DNA of 58,724 bases, filler included, from Sphacelaria rigidula (lineage: Eukaryota): the NCBI GenBank assembly GCA_964200075.2. It is 10 parts of 10 records of this genome, joined end to end, with 100 filler letters (N's around TTAATTAATTAA, not from the genome) between each part and the next. Parts side by side here need not be neighbours in the genome. Positions count along the whole stretch, not along the records: positions 1 to 5,783 come from CAXNAA020024498.1; positions 5,884 to 11,666 come from CAXNAA020024499.1; 8 more parts are not named here. One strand, given 5' to 3'. This document shows, in pieces, positions 1-11,407 of the stretch (position 1 is its first letter; every line of letters starts with the position of its first letter). The notes under the pieces are model-generated. The model saw only the letters and a program-made list of their open reading frames with translations, was not told the origin of the DNA and did not search any database. The translations under genes were made by a program, and so were the position numbers.

Positions 1-68
1 TTTGTAGGGATGCGAGGTCAATGGTCTGATGACTATGGCAAGCATGATCATGAGTACACCCCCCCCCC
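1..68 (+). repeat. Family A dispersed element, oligo(C)-proximal end (cut by contig start)
   Basis: tttgtagggatgcgaggtcaatggtctgatgactatggc...gagtacaCCCCCCCCCC is the reverse complement of the family A end seen at 5714, 24590, 27204, 27647 and 43730. Confidence 0.85.
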
Positions 69-2144
69 GCGCGCGCCTTCTTTAAAATCTTGGGTTGGCA
101 CATGTGTTTAAACGGCTGTTCCCAGGGTAGTTATCGTATGTTCGAGGGTCAGAGGTTCGTTCCACACATCAAACATTTGAATAATCGAAGTACACTCAAT
201 CGCAGGTTCCATTGGCGCATCAAACTGTACTCCCATGTTTTTGTTGCAGCACCAAGTAACCGTGTGTGCTTGTTTATATCAACTGTTGAGCCATATCCTC
301 TCTGTCCTAGGGCCGAAGCTCATAAGAGTAGGGCGGTGCGTGCACTGCGCCAAGCTGACAGCGGGGTTTAGTGGGTCGGACCCCCCACTCTGCCGTGAGC
401 AAACCTCGCAAACGCTCGAGGTACCTACCTCGCATGACTGCCGGCAGGCAGTCTAGCCGAGCCTCCACGTAATCAGCACACAAAGACTTGCGGGAAAAAT
501 GTTGGGTTAAGCTTGCTCCTTCCTTCAAGGGAAAATATTAAATGTAAACACGTTACTTGGATCCCTGGGTCCATATACCTGGTAATTCCATATGTTTAAC
601 GTCGAACTGGTCTTGCGTGAGATAGAAGAAGTCTCACAATGCCCCCCTCCGGCCGCGCGTGGATGCTGTCTCAGTAGAGACTACGCAAAGGTGGCACTTT
701 GTGGTTGTCCAGTTCGAACGAATCATGCGGAGCAGAAAAGATGAGTGGTTTAGTGCCGCGCAATATCTGCCCAAAAAACGTAGAGAAAACTAAATAGTGC
801 AAAAGAGATATTTTAGAGAGTAGGTCGAGCAGGTGCGGTCTTACTCGATCAATCCGAGACAGACACCCAGTTGGATGCTTCGATAGCGGAAAAGAACAAA
901 ACACCCGGAAACTCCCGCTATCATATCTCGCACATTTCCAATGTACAGGTCGTCTATCGTCTAGAGTGCCACGTGTTATGAGGTGGTATTCGATCAGTCG
1001 GTGCAGATGTGCTGGACGTACTTTTAGGCACTTCGCATCGCGGCAAATACTCGAACACCGAGAAACGTTGTTTTTTCATACGAGTTTTCAAGAGGCGCGG
1101 TAGCAGTACTGGCATTGTAGTGTAGGTTGGGCGAACTACAGAGGATAATAACTTTTTTCACGCTCAGCAGTAGTAAGCAAGTGGGAGTTCAAGCTTCTGA
1201 TAACGGTGGTTTAAGGTTTTATTTTTTCGGTCAATCAGAAAACTGCGTAACACTTTACTTTCCATACGCTTCCGTCGTCAGTCTTATCCCCCCGTGCGTG
1301 CGTCTGTCCGTCCTTCACGCCGGGCCCCCCTGACCTGACCGTCCTCTTGACAGCTCTATATTTCTGTACATGTTGTGATTTTCAAGCCTTTGCCCTAAGC
1401 TATTCCTGACTTTTTGTCACGATTTCCCGACGTGCAACTCGTGCCATGTGCCACGTAGCCGTTTGTTCGGGACTACCTGAAGAAGAATCATTCCCAGAAG
1501 TTCGAGACTCTATTCGGCCGGCGACGTGGCAATTCCATGATGGAGGCTACAGCAGGCAGCGTAATCGGCGTGGGAGAGGTGAGGTGAACGTCATTCCGGG
1601 TGCGATGCTCGATGTTCCTGTCGACGTTCTTGTGCGGCATCATCGCCAGCCCTGAATGCCGCAAGCCCCAAATGCATGTAGCATCGTCGTACTTGTGAGC
1701 AGCATTCGTCACCTTTATGCTCGACGTAAAATTTGGTCCCCTGGTTTTCGGTCAACCAACGACATATGCAGGGGATGACGTCTTGTTGCCATGACGATTT
1801 CACAGTGTCCTGCATAGCACAACGCTATCGTGAACGCAACCATTTCGCGCTCGGTCATACGACGAGGATCAGCTCTCGCTTTTCAGGTTTCGCTTTTCTA
1901 ATCACCAAAACCGAGGCTCCCTTGCAATCCTCGGCGTCCGAACAGACAAAAGCGTCTTCGGTTGCAGCATGGCTTTACGTTTGCTGGCCCCTTACTTGTA
2001 CCCACTGCACATGGTCTCTTGTTGACGGGCGCTAGCCGAGACCGCCGCCGACTTAACCTTGCCCCGCCGTTCCTCCGTTCCTTTTCGACCCTTGGGTGCT
2101 GTGTTCTCCGCCAAATGCGGGGCTGCACGTGGTGAAAAATCAAG

Positions 2145-2413
2145 GTTGCTTTGCTTCCCTTAGATCAGCTGAAGATCAAGGCACAGACGAACCCTGCGAG
2201 CCTAGCCGGTAGAGGTGTGGCCGACATCTTCGTCAAGGAAGGGAGGGGGCTGTACCGCGGAGCAGGTTGGACCGCCGCGCGGAACGCCCCGGGATCGTTT
2301 GCACTGTTCGGCGGGGCGTCGGTGGTTAAGGAGTACGTGTTTCGGCTTGAGCAACCGAGAGATGCTACCTTGTTCCAGGCGTTCGTCGCGTCCATTGCTG
2401 GTGCTGTGTCCAG
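2145..2413 (+). CDS. GGC1: Mitochondrial GTP/GDP carrier (GGC1/YHM1-like), internal exon
   Basis: aag|GTT acceptor and AG|gtgcgt donor. Encodes VALLPLDQLKIKAQTNP...GLYRGAGWTAARNAPGSFALFGG, with the carrier signature PxDxxK. Closely matches yeast Ggc1p as I recall it (LLPLDVLKIKRQTNP...YRGWGWTAARNAPGSFALFGG). Confidence 0.88.
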
Positions 2414-2843
2414 GTGCGTGGATGTGTGGTGGCCGGTCCGAGTTGTAGATACGCCGAACGATGGCACTGTTCCGACAGCCTTAACCACACTTCTTGCCCC
2501 TCAAGTCAACAAGTCTTGTGTTGGAAAATACACACGGAAGTCAGCACGTTGCGTGGCTACCAGGCGTGTATGGCGGTAATCGGACACCATGGCGGATACC
2601 GTAGTCTATATGTACTGTAGTCTCGGTCTGGGTGCTGCTGAGTAAACGAGGGGATCCCTGAGGTCCCTTTGCTGCTACAAAAGCAGTGTAGCAACTGTGG
2701 AATATACACAGCAGTTGAATATTGCCTTACTGCTGAAGTTCACGAGTCGACGCACTCACAGTAAGCTTCTTGCATGCGTACTGATGACCCGACGGTTCCG
2801 GCCCCCTGTATCCACCCCGGCGTTTTCTTATCGGCAAAAAAAG

Positions 2844-2979
2844 CATTACCGTGGCCGCCCCTCTCGATGTCATCAAAACGCGGATTCAAAACCGCCCTTT
2901 CAACTCCCCGGAGAGCGGGGTCGTCATCGTGCGCCGACTACTCGCCAACGAAGGCCCCGGGGCGTTTTTCAAGGGCCTG
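2844..2979 (+). CDS. GGC1: GGC1-like mitochondrial carrier, penultimate exon
   Basis: Phase-2 acceptor aag|C matches the previous exon. Encodes ITVAAPLDVIKTRIQNRPFNSPESG...NEGPGAFFKGL. Donor gtgagt at 2980. Confidence 0.88.
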
Positions 2980-3245
2980 GTGAGTTTTTGCAAGCCGCTG
3001 AAGGTGACCGGGGAGGCGGATGAGACTCCAGATCTTGCGGATCTCACCTGGTTTCGGTAGTTTGGGACACGTTTTGGGTAACCAGCGTTCACAAATTTAT
3101 TTTTGAACAGGTCTCGAAACTCCGCCGCTCCATCTACCCTTGCTCCGACGAGACAGCTTTGCTGCCCGGCAATCGGTTGCGTATTGCACTCTGCTTTCGT
3201 CACGTAGACAGCGTTAACGAGCTTGTTCTGTGTCAACTTTTCCAG

Positions 3246-3377
3246 GTGCCCAAGATCGTCGTGGTTGGACCGAAGCTCATATTCTCCTTCACCGTGGCGC
3301 AGCGCCTCATTTCTTTCTTAGAACACTCGTGGGATCCGAAACCTACATCAATTGCCGCCAGCAAGCTTAACGGCTAG
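3246..3377 (+). CDS. GGC1: GGC1-like mitochondrial carrier, last exon
   Basis: ttttccag|GTG acceptor in phase 0. Encodes VPKIVVVGPKLIFSFTVAQRLI...KLNG-stop, matching the Ggc1p C-terminal helix (PKLLTTGPKLVFSFALAQSLI). Confidence 0.86.
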   Translation: MPKIVVVGPKLIFSFTVAQRLISFLEHSWDPKPTSIAASKLNG

Positions 3378-5713
3378 CCGCGAATGTGACCTGTAAAGGG
3401 CCCAACAAACGCGGCAGGGCCGGGCATGAAGAGGGAGTCATAAACTTGTTTTGCAAGCCTAAGCTGTTGAAGTAGATAGTTGGAATAACGCACCCTTGAG
3501 ACGGTGGAGTATCGCTGCCATTAAAAGCTGTCCGCGGCGACCAATCGCTCAGGGGCGATGGAAATAAAGTGGAGCGATATCCACCTCGGGGGTTGAGCGG
3601 TGGGAAAATGGGATACACTAACCAGGCGTTCATTGCCGACAGTAGGTGTAACATCAGCTCAAGACCGTTGTAGGGGAAATTATATTTGATACCCTTTTTA
3701 TACGACACGTTTGTGGCAACACCGGGGGTCTTGGACGGTCAGACAGGTTAGCAAGACCTATTGTGATCGAGGTTGCTGAAGTGGAGCTAACTCTCAACGC
3801 GTACCAGAGCGTGTAGCGAGGAAGCTATGTTTTGATGCCTGCAGCACTGTTTGGTACGTCGTAGTAAAAACACCAACTTTAACGGGACACTGGGTAACGG
3901 GGTACTGGGCAACAGGTCCTATCGTGTTGGTGCAGCGGGGACAGGCAATAGAGTAAAAGATGAACGCTCATTTATGCAAAACTCGCATGTGTTGTACATT
4001 TTGACGGGGGGGGGGGGGGGGGGGGGGGGGGGGAGAAAAAAATAAAGAAAGGGGTTGGTCGGTTCGTCACTCCAACCAATGCACATTAATATTTTGCATA
4101 NNNNNNNNNNATAGGCATTGATATCGATGGTGTGTTTGGGTGTGTGGTGGGGGGGGGGGGGGGGGGGGGGGGGGGTGGAGCGAGTTGCGGGTATCAATAA
4201 TACCAGTGGTCTCCGTTTCCTAAATTCCAACATCTCGTGTAAAACTTTGTTCAACTCCTCTACTGTAATTTGGTTGATGGGAGGTAGCTGCTTGATGTCA
4301 CCGCAGTGACCCTAAGGGCACGCACTTTGTTTGACGCGCTGAGGTGATCAATATGGTGCAGAATGCCCAAGAGTTCAACGAGTATAGCATTATTTGCTGA
4401 GGCGAACAGCACAAACAAGGTAGATGGGGGGTGTTTGGCGTAGAGCATTGTCCATCCTCGGTAGTTTCGAAGAGAATGGACAGCAGCTTGGGATGAAAGC
4501 CCCCGCAGATTTTGCGAGGGGCGTTGCATCGGGAAGCGCAGCGTGTTGCAAGCTCATGTACGATTTTGATCCCGGATGTAGATCATATTTGTATGAAATT
4601 GCAGTCCTATGCCTGCATAGCTGAGTGCACAATGTTGGTTGTCATGGTTGATATTGTACGGTGCGAAGATAAATAGAACGGTTACGCTCCTGTATGCCGA
4701 GCCGCACGTTTTGCAAGAAGTGGCCGGTCGAAGTCCAGACAGCTAGACTAGCAAAATATGAAGAGGGGGAAAGCGATTAAATGCATGTGCTTGGTCAATG
4801 ATGCCAGCAACGACTTCCTGTTCGTGGTCTCTCATGACCTTTGCTGCTACACTGAGCCTTGACTTGTGTCGCTTTGGTGATGGTAGCGGTGTTTTGTTTT
4901 CACAGTACCAATATGCACGCCAATGCTCTCAACGGTTTCCCCGTGTTTTCCTCGAATCTCAAGTCTCGAGTCTTGCTCACGAGCATTGCATCGTTTTGTT
5001 TCGGAGTGCACGGATCGTGAGTTGACATTGTGCCGTCGAGCGTGTGAAGCACAAGTGTGTGGCTATCCGCGCCAATTGTTCCGAGGATGCTTCGGTTTTT
5101 TATAGTCCTGCCCCCCGCTTCTGGAGAATGGCCCCTGTAGGCGTAGATAGTCACCAGTACTAGCCGGGTGGGCGCTAGGACTCAATTCCCCGCGAATTTT
5201 AGTTTGTCTCTCAGTGAACGTGGGTGAGCAGGTGGGTTGGGTAATTTTTGTCACTTACATGTTGAACACGCAAAAGTCGACCGAGGTACTTTCCTGCTTG
5301 TGCAGGGGGGGGTTGTGAACGGAACGAACTCACCCCTGCGTTTCCACATGCGCACTACTCGTGTGCGTGTCAATTTATGCTCGTCATGCTTAGTTAGTTG
5401 GCCGTTGGGGGTGGGGGAGAACGTGTCGCATACATCTCAGGCGAAAGTGAAAACAACGGTACACACGCGTTCACCCCAGAAAAGCTGGAGGAGAGAGTAC
5501 TCCATCAAAGCTACTAGAGGGGGTGTCGACGGTGGTCCTGAAATACAAGAATGCTCATGATCGTCGCGGTCGCGTTCGTACAGGCCTAGGTCAACAGGCG
5601 TCCGACTAAGCGCCTCTTCAAGTCTGATGTAGTCCAGTATGTCCTCATCATGCAGATAAGTCAAGTGTGTGGTCCTGGGATGTGCGGTTAAGGTGGGCAA
5701 AACCACCCACAGA

Positions 5714-5783
5714 GGGGGGTGTACTCATGATCATGCATGCTATAGTCATAAGACCATTGACCTCGCATCCCTACAATGCCGGG
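5714..5783 (-). repeat. Family A dispersed element end (cut by contig end)
   Basis: ggggggtgtactcatgatcatgcatgctatagtcataagaccattgacctcgcatccctacaa, inverted relative to the copy at 1-68. Confidence 0.85.
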
Positions 5784-5883
5784 NNNNNNNNNNNNNNNNN
5801 NNNNNNNNNNNNNNNNNNNNNNNNNNNTTAATTAATTAANNNNNNNNNNNNNNNNNNNNNNNNNNNNNNNNNNNNNNNNNNNN
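5784..5883. other. Artificial contig linker (N44-TTAATTAATTAA-N44); one of nine
   Basis: Identical 100-bp spacers at 5784-5883, 11667-11766, 17550-17649, 23433-23532, 29315-29414, 35197-35296, 41079-41178, 46961-47060 and 52843-52942. TTAATTAATTAA gives stops in all six frames. The intervening contigs are 5783 or 5782 bp, i.e. size-sorted. Confidence 0.98.
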
Positions 5884-6579
5884 GTCAAATGTGTTGAACT
5901 TGGCTTCAGGCTACGAGCCCGTGTTGGAGGCATTATTTAGTGTCGGTGAGCCAGCAAAAGAACTGAAAGGAACCAGACCCCCAACGAGTGCTAGGATCGG
6001 GACACCCCAGTACGCTGACAACATCTAACCAATACAATTGAAGCGAACAAGCTGGAGATTCTCTCGAAGGAGTTCAAGAGAGGGAGACGGTAAGAACGGT
6101 CGGATGGAGAAGTAAAGAGTGGTCGAGCAAAGTACTCGTCGTTCTGGTATTCGGAGTTCGTAGCGATATGACAAGAATGGAGTTTCAAATGAAATGCAAT
6201 GGAGTTGGACTCGAATGTTTGGCAAAAGGAAAAGTAGAAAGGGGGGTAGAAGACTTCTGAGTCACGCTAAAGCAGAGCGCGAGCAAGGAATTGGAAAGGA
6301 TAGAGACAAGTAAGGTGTCGGCATGGGTTAGAAGAACAGGGTGGAGAGTGTGCATAGCTCATGGAACAGCAAACCTAGGACGTAGTCCAGGGGTAAACAG
6401 AGGGGAAGAGATGCAGGAACAGGCAAGTGTCCGGAAGGAGAAAGGGAGGAGACATAGCGGCCCGAAGCAAATAGAAAAAGACCAACGCAGAAACGGGAAG
6501 AACAATCAATCGAGGGAAAGTAAAAGTAAAAGCGACCGAGAGAGAATAGTAGACAACAGGAGAGCATATAATAATTCGG

Positions 6580-7660
6580 AAAGGAAGTTGAGAATAGGAT
6601 CGAGGAACGTGTGTGGGTTCGTCACAGACAAGCGCAAAAGAAAAGAGATAGCGCAACAAATGAGTAAACACGACCTAGATATAGTAGGAATTCAAGAGTC
6701 ATGGGAGAAAGAGGGGGCAGAAATAGGATGCAAAGTTGAAGAGTACGTATGGATAGGGAAGAAGCGGAAGGGACAGAAGTCCAAGAGCAGGGAAGCGGGG
6801 GGAATAGGATTCTTGGTCAAGGGATATATCTGTGTGACAGTATAGAAGTGATCGACGACACGAAATTCGACGAGAGCATATGGGTAAGGGTACCATGAAA
6901 GCGGGGAACGGAGGACTTCTTCGTAGGTGACATATGTACATCCCCCCAGAATCGAAGAGTAGGATGAACGATATACAACGGAGGTTTGGAAAGATGGCAG
7001 CAAATGTACATAAGTATAAAACGCAAGGAGAAGTAATGTCAGTGGGAGATTTTAATGCGAGTAGGGAGAGCATGCCAACCGGATGATATCATTAGGCAAT
7101 ACAGGGAAGGTAAGAAGAACACGAATGGGGTAGAAATACTGAAGTTTCTTGAGCATAACGAGATGAAAATGCTGAATGATGGAGCACAAAAGCCAAAGCC
7201 GCAATGGACATGGACTAGAAAATGCAAAAACGAGATAGAACGTTTTGTTCTTGACTATATAGTGGTAGAGCATGGGAATAGTAAAGAAATGGAAGTACAT
7301 ATATGCGCAGAAGACGTGGGAACTGCAGACGATTGCCTAATATGGACAGAAAGCCAACAGACGAGAGCTAAAAAAATAGGCGGGGTAGGAAGTTGTACAA
7401 ATGGAGAATCGGTAAACTAGATATGGAAGAAAAACAGCAAGAAGAGTTCCAAGAAGATATGGCCAAAAATGCAGGCAAGTTTTCCGAGCTGTTGGAACGC
7501 GTAGGTACAGTTGATACCGAAATGGAAAGAAAGCGGGCAGGAACGAAGATCATAGAAGGATGGGAGCAGATGGTCGAGAACTCAGCGAGAGAAGTCGTAG
7601 GGATGAAACTGATCGTATGCAACAGAGCAGTAAAATGGTGGGATGAGGAAGTGAGGGGCT
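6580..7660 (+). mobile_element. Decayed non-LTR retrotransposon (LINE) ORF2 fragment: APE-type endonuclease domain
   Basis: Motifs RIGSRNVCGF, DLDIVGIQESW, GGIGFLVK, VGDFNARVG, NGVEILKFL, QWTW, VLDYIVV and AVKWWDEEV lie in shifting frames with stops. The strand is strongly purine-rich. No RT domain follows. Confidence 0.8.
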
Positions 7661-7794
7661 GTTCTGGCTACAGTGGTCGTCGGAGGTGTGTTACAGAAGT
7701 TTTGTAGTCGTCGGAGGTGGGCAACATGAACTTTTTATCCCTGTAGTCCTGGAGAGCTTCGTCGCATCATTAGAATTTTGCAAGAGTCGGACGA

Positions 7795-8010
7795 ATGACC
7801 AATTCGTCTGGAAATTACTTGATTTTAGTGTGATTGATTCGTACCGTGCGAATCAACCCCTACGCTTTATTTCCAGCGTCGCAACCCAGGTATGCGCTGC
7901 CTAGGCACATGGAATGACGCAAAATTTGCGTAGAGACCTTTTGGACCAACGGTCAAGATTTTGTCTCTTTCGAGCAATCTGGCCTGAAAAATCGTGGATT
8001 CGGTGATTCG
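7795..8010 (+). repeat. Family B dispersed non-coding repeat
   Basis: attcgtctggaaattacttgattttagtg...gaatcaaccc...caacccaggta...tggaatgacgcaaaatttgcg aligns with 26460-26700 and 46810-46960. Confidence 0.75.
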
Positions 8011-8486
8011 AACCGGTGATGATTCGTCCGAACCGTGAAAGCTAGTGAAATACAGTATGAATGATATATGCAATAAGCCAAACATGATTCTTGACGATCC
8101 CTCAGGGGGAAATTCTGTATTAGATGCCTGTACAATATAAGAATCTCAAACTTAAGCATTTGGCGTTTTGCACCTCGTCGAACAATACTAATTTGGATTT
8201 AAGCATTTCTGCTGAAATCGGAGAGAAATTAAGACCCGAGCCTCGCTCAAAGTAAGGGTTTCTTAACATCCGTTGCGCCTTGTATGGTGAGAAAAGAAAA
8301 TGATCGCCTGACCTCACACACGAAACTCTCCCGACTTGAAATATTCACAAGGAATCGGCGATACTCTTTTACCCCCTTTGTGATGCCTGCAAACGAGATA
8401 CCGCTAAACTACCAGCTGCCACGGGCAAAACTGTTGAAACGCCGGACACACAGAAACAAGTTAGCTATACTGCGGCGATCGCTCAC

Positions 8487-8560
8487 GGTTCGGCAGAAAC
8501 GTTGACCGCAGATTCTGCGCTACCGCCGGCGACAAAGCCGAAGGTCTGAAGGCGGCTCAT
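8487..8560 (-). CDS. Possible first coding exon of an unknown gene (MSRLQTFGFVAGGSAESAVNVSAE-P)
   Basis: caacATG start after a C/A-rich leader, ending at a canonical CC|gtgagc donor. No homology recognised. Confidence 0.3.
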
Positions 8561-9209
8561 GTTGCAGACCGGTGTGGTTCGCAGCAAGTGGGTGTGCAGA
8601 GCGCGGATGATTTGCCTGTGGTTTTTGTGGTTTGTGTGGTGTGTGGAGTGTGCTGGGTTGTTGGATGGTGGGCAGTGGGGCGGTGGGCGGTGGGTGGAGG
8701 CATGCGAAAGAAGGGGGGAAGTTATCCTGTTTCCCCCCCCCCCCCTCCCCGGTAAAACAATAAATATATGTACAGTATATATCGATGACATCAGTGGTGA
8801 TCTATGAGTGTGCCTGAGGTTGTTTTTCGAGTTGCCCCTCGCCCGGCGGCCTTGCGAATCCCTTGCTGTCACCTGTCTTTTCTTTTCTTGTCTGTTCTTT
8901 TATTCCCCTTTCCTGTCGGTATGCTTTTCTCAGCAGATCTGATTTTTTTTTTTCATCCTGTTGAACTCGGGGAAGCTATTTCTCATGTTTTCCTTGGCGT
9001 ATCTCTTCTTATTTTCATTCTGGTAATATTTGAGTCAATTGCGTTTGCTCATGTGATTAGGCTGGAGTCTCTGAAAAAATGATGGGGGGCTCTATGTCTT
9101 GTAAGGAATAGCAGGGGCGATATTGGGAAGACGAGCCTACGTCTGTGACCACGGGTTCTAGAGATCGGACTAATGTGCGAAAATAATAATCATAAATAAA
9201 TTATAATCG

Positions 9210-9454
9210 GTGTGTGTTGTCGTCCCATTTATTCTGGACACCGGTCTACACCTTTCGGTATATGTGGGCGCACCAGCCGGGGTCACGCAGGAGGGAGGCC
9301 AACACACTTTTTTTTCTCATTTACTTGTTTTAGTTCTCCACCTTCCTCCTGCGGCGCTTGCCTTTATTGTTTATTGCAATAGGGGTTCAGCGGTCTCTTT
9401 CCCTCGGCGATCCTGAAGCCGAATTTTGTGTACCTACGACATAGTCGTGAACTC
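9210..9454 (-). mobile_element. tRNA-headed SINE family C, 3' body only
   Basis: The reverse complement aligns with 22940-23192 (ttcggtatatgtgggcgca..agc.gggg; gaag.cgaattt.gtgtac). It ends in a (CA)-type tail and lacks the head. Confidence 0.7.
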
Positions 9455-9515
9455 AAAATATGTGTCACTACAGTAGTACCACACATGGACAGATAGCACC
9501 CTGTGGGGCACGTCT

Positions 9516-9687
9516 ACAGGGTTCACGGAAACTGTGCAGTGTTACTCGCGGGGAATTAGCTGTAGGGTGTTTTTTTGCGCCACAGAGTACGCTTCACAGG
9601 GTTTCAGGGAAACTGTGCAATGTTTGTCGCGGGGATTTGGCTGTAGGGGTTTTTTTCGCGCCGCACAGTACGCTTCATAGGGTTTCG
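9516..9687. repeat. Tandem duplication, ~80-bp unit x2 plus partial
   Basis: acagggtt...gaaactgtgca.tgtt..tcgcgggga.tt.gctgtaggg...agtacgcttc starts at 9516 and 9596, with a partial third copy at 9677. Confidence 0.85.
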
Positions 9688-10169
9688 TCACCCCGAATAC
9701 TGTTCATTGTTCTGTTGTCAATATGCTGTACAGCCTTTGTAGCGCACATACAATATACTCCATACAGCATGGGCATGGTACTGGCGGGAAAAAACGGTTG
9801 GAGAATTGCAATGGTAGTGATTGAACTAACGATTTCGACCTCGGGAGCGCGACGATTTGCATACCGAGCTACCTGATTTGTTCTCGTCACGGTCAATATT
9901 TTGTGCCTCTAATAACTATCAAGCAAAAAACTCCATAAACAAAAGCATGCTCGATTGAGTGATTTTGGTAGACACTGGACCACTGGCGGGTTTTCATAAG
10001 CTATGTAGACTCATATATGCGAGGTATATACCGTCATCCCGACATCCACGCCTGGAGCCCAAGTGTCGTATCTAAGCTCATGCAGGCGTGTGGACATGCA
10101 CTCGTAAGCAGTGTGTTGGATCTCTATTCAGCAAAAGCTGTTGAGAATTATTCATCCTTAAGCCCAATT

Positions 10170-10340
10170 GGTACATGAACTGGGGGACAAAAGGATGAAG
10201 TACTTTCGCGGGAGTGCTGCAGGGAGCGGAGAGGTTCATGACTTCCCTCATGGCACAGAAATGAAGAGGAGACCAGTCGACTACGTGCGATAGACGGGAG
10301 ACCAGCGAAGCCCAAATAGCACAGCAATGACAACGGTCCA
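10170..10340 (+). mobile_element. Possible extreme 3' end of a decayed LINE ORF2
   Basis: The frameshifted peptide VLQGAERFMTS/WHRNEEETSRLRA resembles C-termini I recall from brown-algal non-LTR ORFs. No catalytic motif is present. Confidence 0.35.
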
Positions 10341-10817
10341 GAGAAGGGGGGGTTGGGGGATAAACCCCCCCGATGAGGGGTGTCGTTATGTCATGCAGTG
10401 CTTGTCTTGATACCCCTGGTATGCTTGTACGTATGGCTGTCCTTCGAGTGGCCGATAGATGGAACCTTGCGATTCTTAGTTTTTGGTTGGCGGTATTTGG
10501 GGCCTTGAGTCTCGCCCAGAGTCGGACCCTGTGTTCATTTTTACTTGGCGTCGCGCGTCGAGTTGGAAAGCCGGGTGCCAACCCCCTGAAGTCCGAATGG
10601 CCACCTGCGGAACCGGATCTTCTGAGGTTAGCCATAAGTACTATATTTCTTCTTTTTTATTTTTCCCTGTTTTGCTTGTATCGCGTTTTGTGAGTTTTAA
10701 TCTGGGTCCATTTTGTTTTGGTTTTTTTTTTGCTAGCCTGTGACAAGTGAAGGCGTCCGCATCAGATGCCCAGTACGAATGTAAAGCGCAGATATCGGAA
10801 TGGTTTTTAATGTGAAG

Positions 10818-10818
<1 letters not shown>

Positions 10819-10855
<37 letters not shown>

Positions 10856-10864
10856 AACAACAAC
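10819..10864. repeat. (CAA)n microsatellite
   Basis: Direct read of caacaacaa... with one interruption. Confidence 0.95.
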
Positions 10865-11327
10865 TTTCAACATTTGTTTCTGCGTGTCGGATCCCATACG
10901 CTGATAACGGTGCAGTATGCGGGATATGCCCAGCTGATGCTGTTCGCAATAAATCTCTTTTTGCCCAGTTTCCGGATGAATTGGAGGGCAAAGTGAAGAT
11001 TTATTTCGAGCTTCTTCTGCTGTTCAAATTCCAAATCTGCCAGTGTGCATGGGATTTGTGCGGCGGAAAAAGCTGTTCGAAATAAGTCCTTTTTTTGCCG
11101 AATTTAAGGCCAACGCTAATGGGAGCCATCCAAAATTTCAGTCGAAAACTGGCTTTTGGGCCCTTCCCCGTCGATTTACGCTCCAAAAGAGGACTAGGCG
11201 GATGTTGACGCCTTGGAATGACTTGCTCTACTCGTTGAGACCGTTGTGAGGCAGTTTTGGACAGGAATTTTGAACGGCTCGTAGTAGAGTCGGTCTAAAT
11301 GGGCGAGAAAAAAATCTGTTTTGAATA

Positions 11328-11407
11328 GCTTGTCCTCCTGTCCGAGATAAGTTCTTTTTGCCCGATTCAAATCGGGCAAGGAACTTATCTCGGACAGCAG
11401 GACAAGC
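11328..11407. repeat. Near-perfect 80-bp palindrome/hairpin
   Basis: gcttgtcct-c-ctgtccgagataagttc-ttt-ttgcccgat / loop tcaa / atcgggcaa-g-gaacttatctcggacag-c-aggacaagc. Confidence 0.9.

Noticed and set aside
20..60. Hammerhead ribozyme in family A (CTGATGA at 26-32, GAAA elsewhere in the element)
   Set aside because: I could not build stems I-III around the core, and CTGATGA is not conserved in several other copies.
4006..4175. Long poly-G tracts as functional G-quadruplexes
   Set aside because: They flank a 10-N gap, homopolymer lengths are unreliable, and G-runs are common throughout the window.
1..5783. Contig 1 as one large TIR transposon carrying the GGC1 gene
   Set aside because: The inverted ends are two copies of the high-copy family A repeat that run off the contig, so they are assembly breakpoints rather than element termini.
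5828..5839. Regularly spaced TTAATTAATTAA palindromes every ~5.88 kb
   Set aside because: Synthetic linker embedded in N runs.
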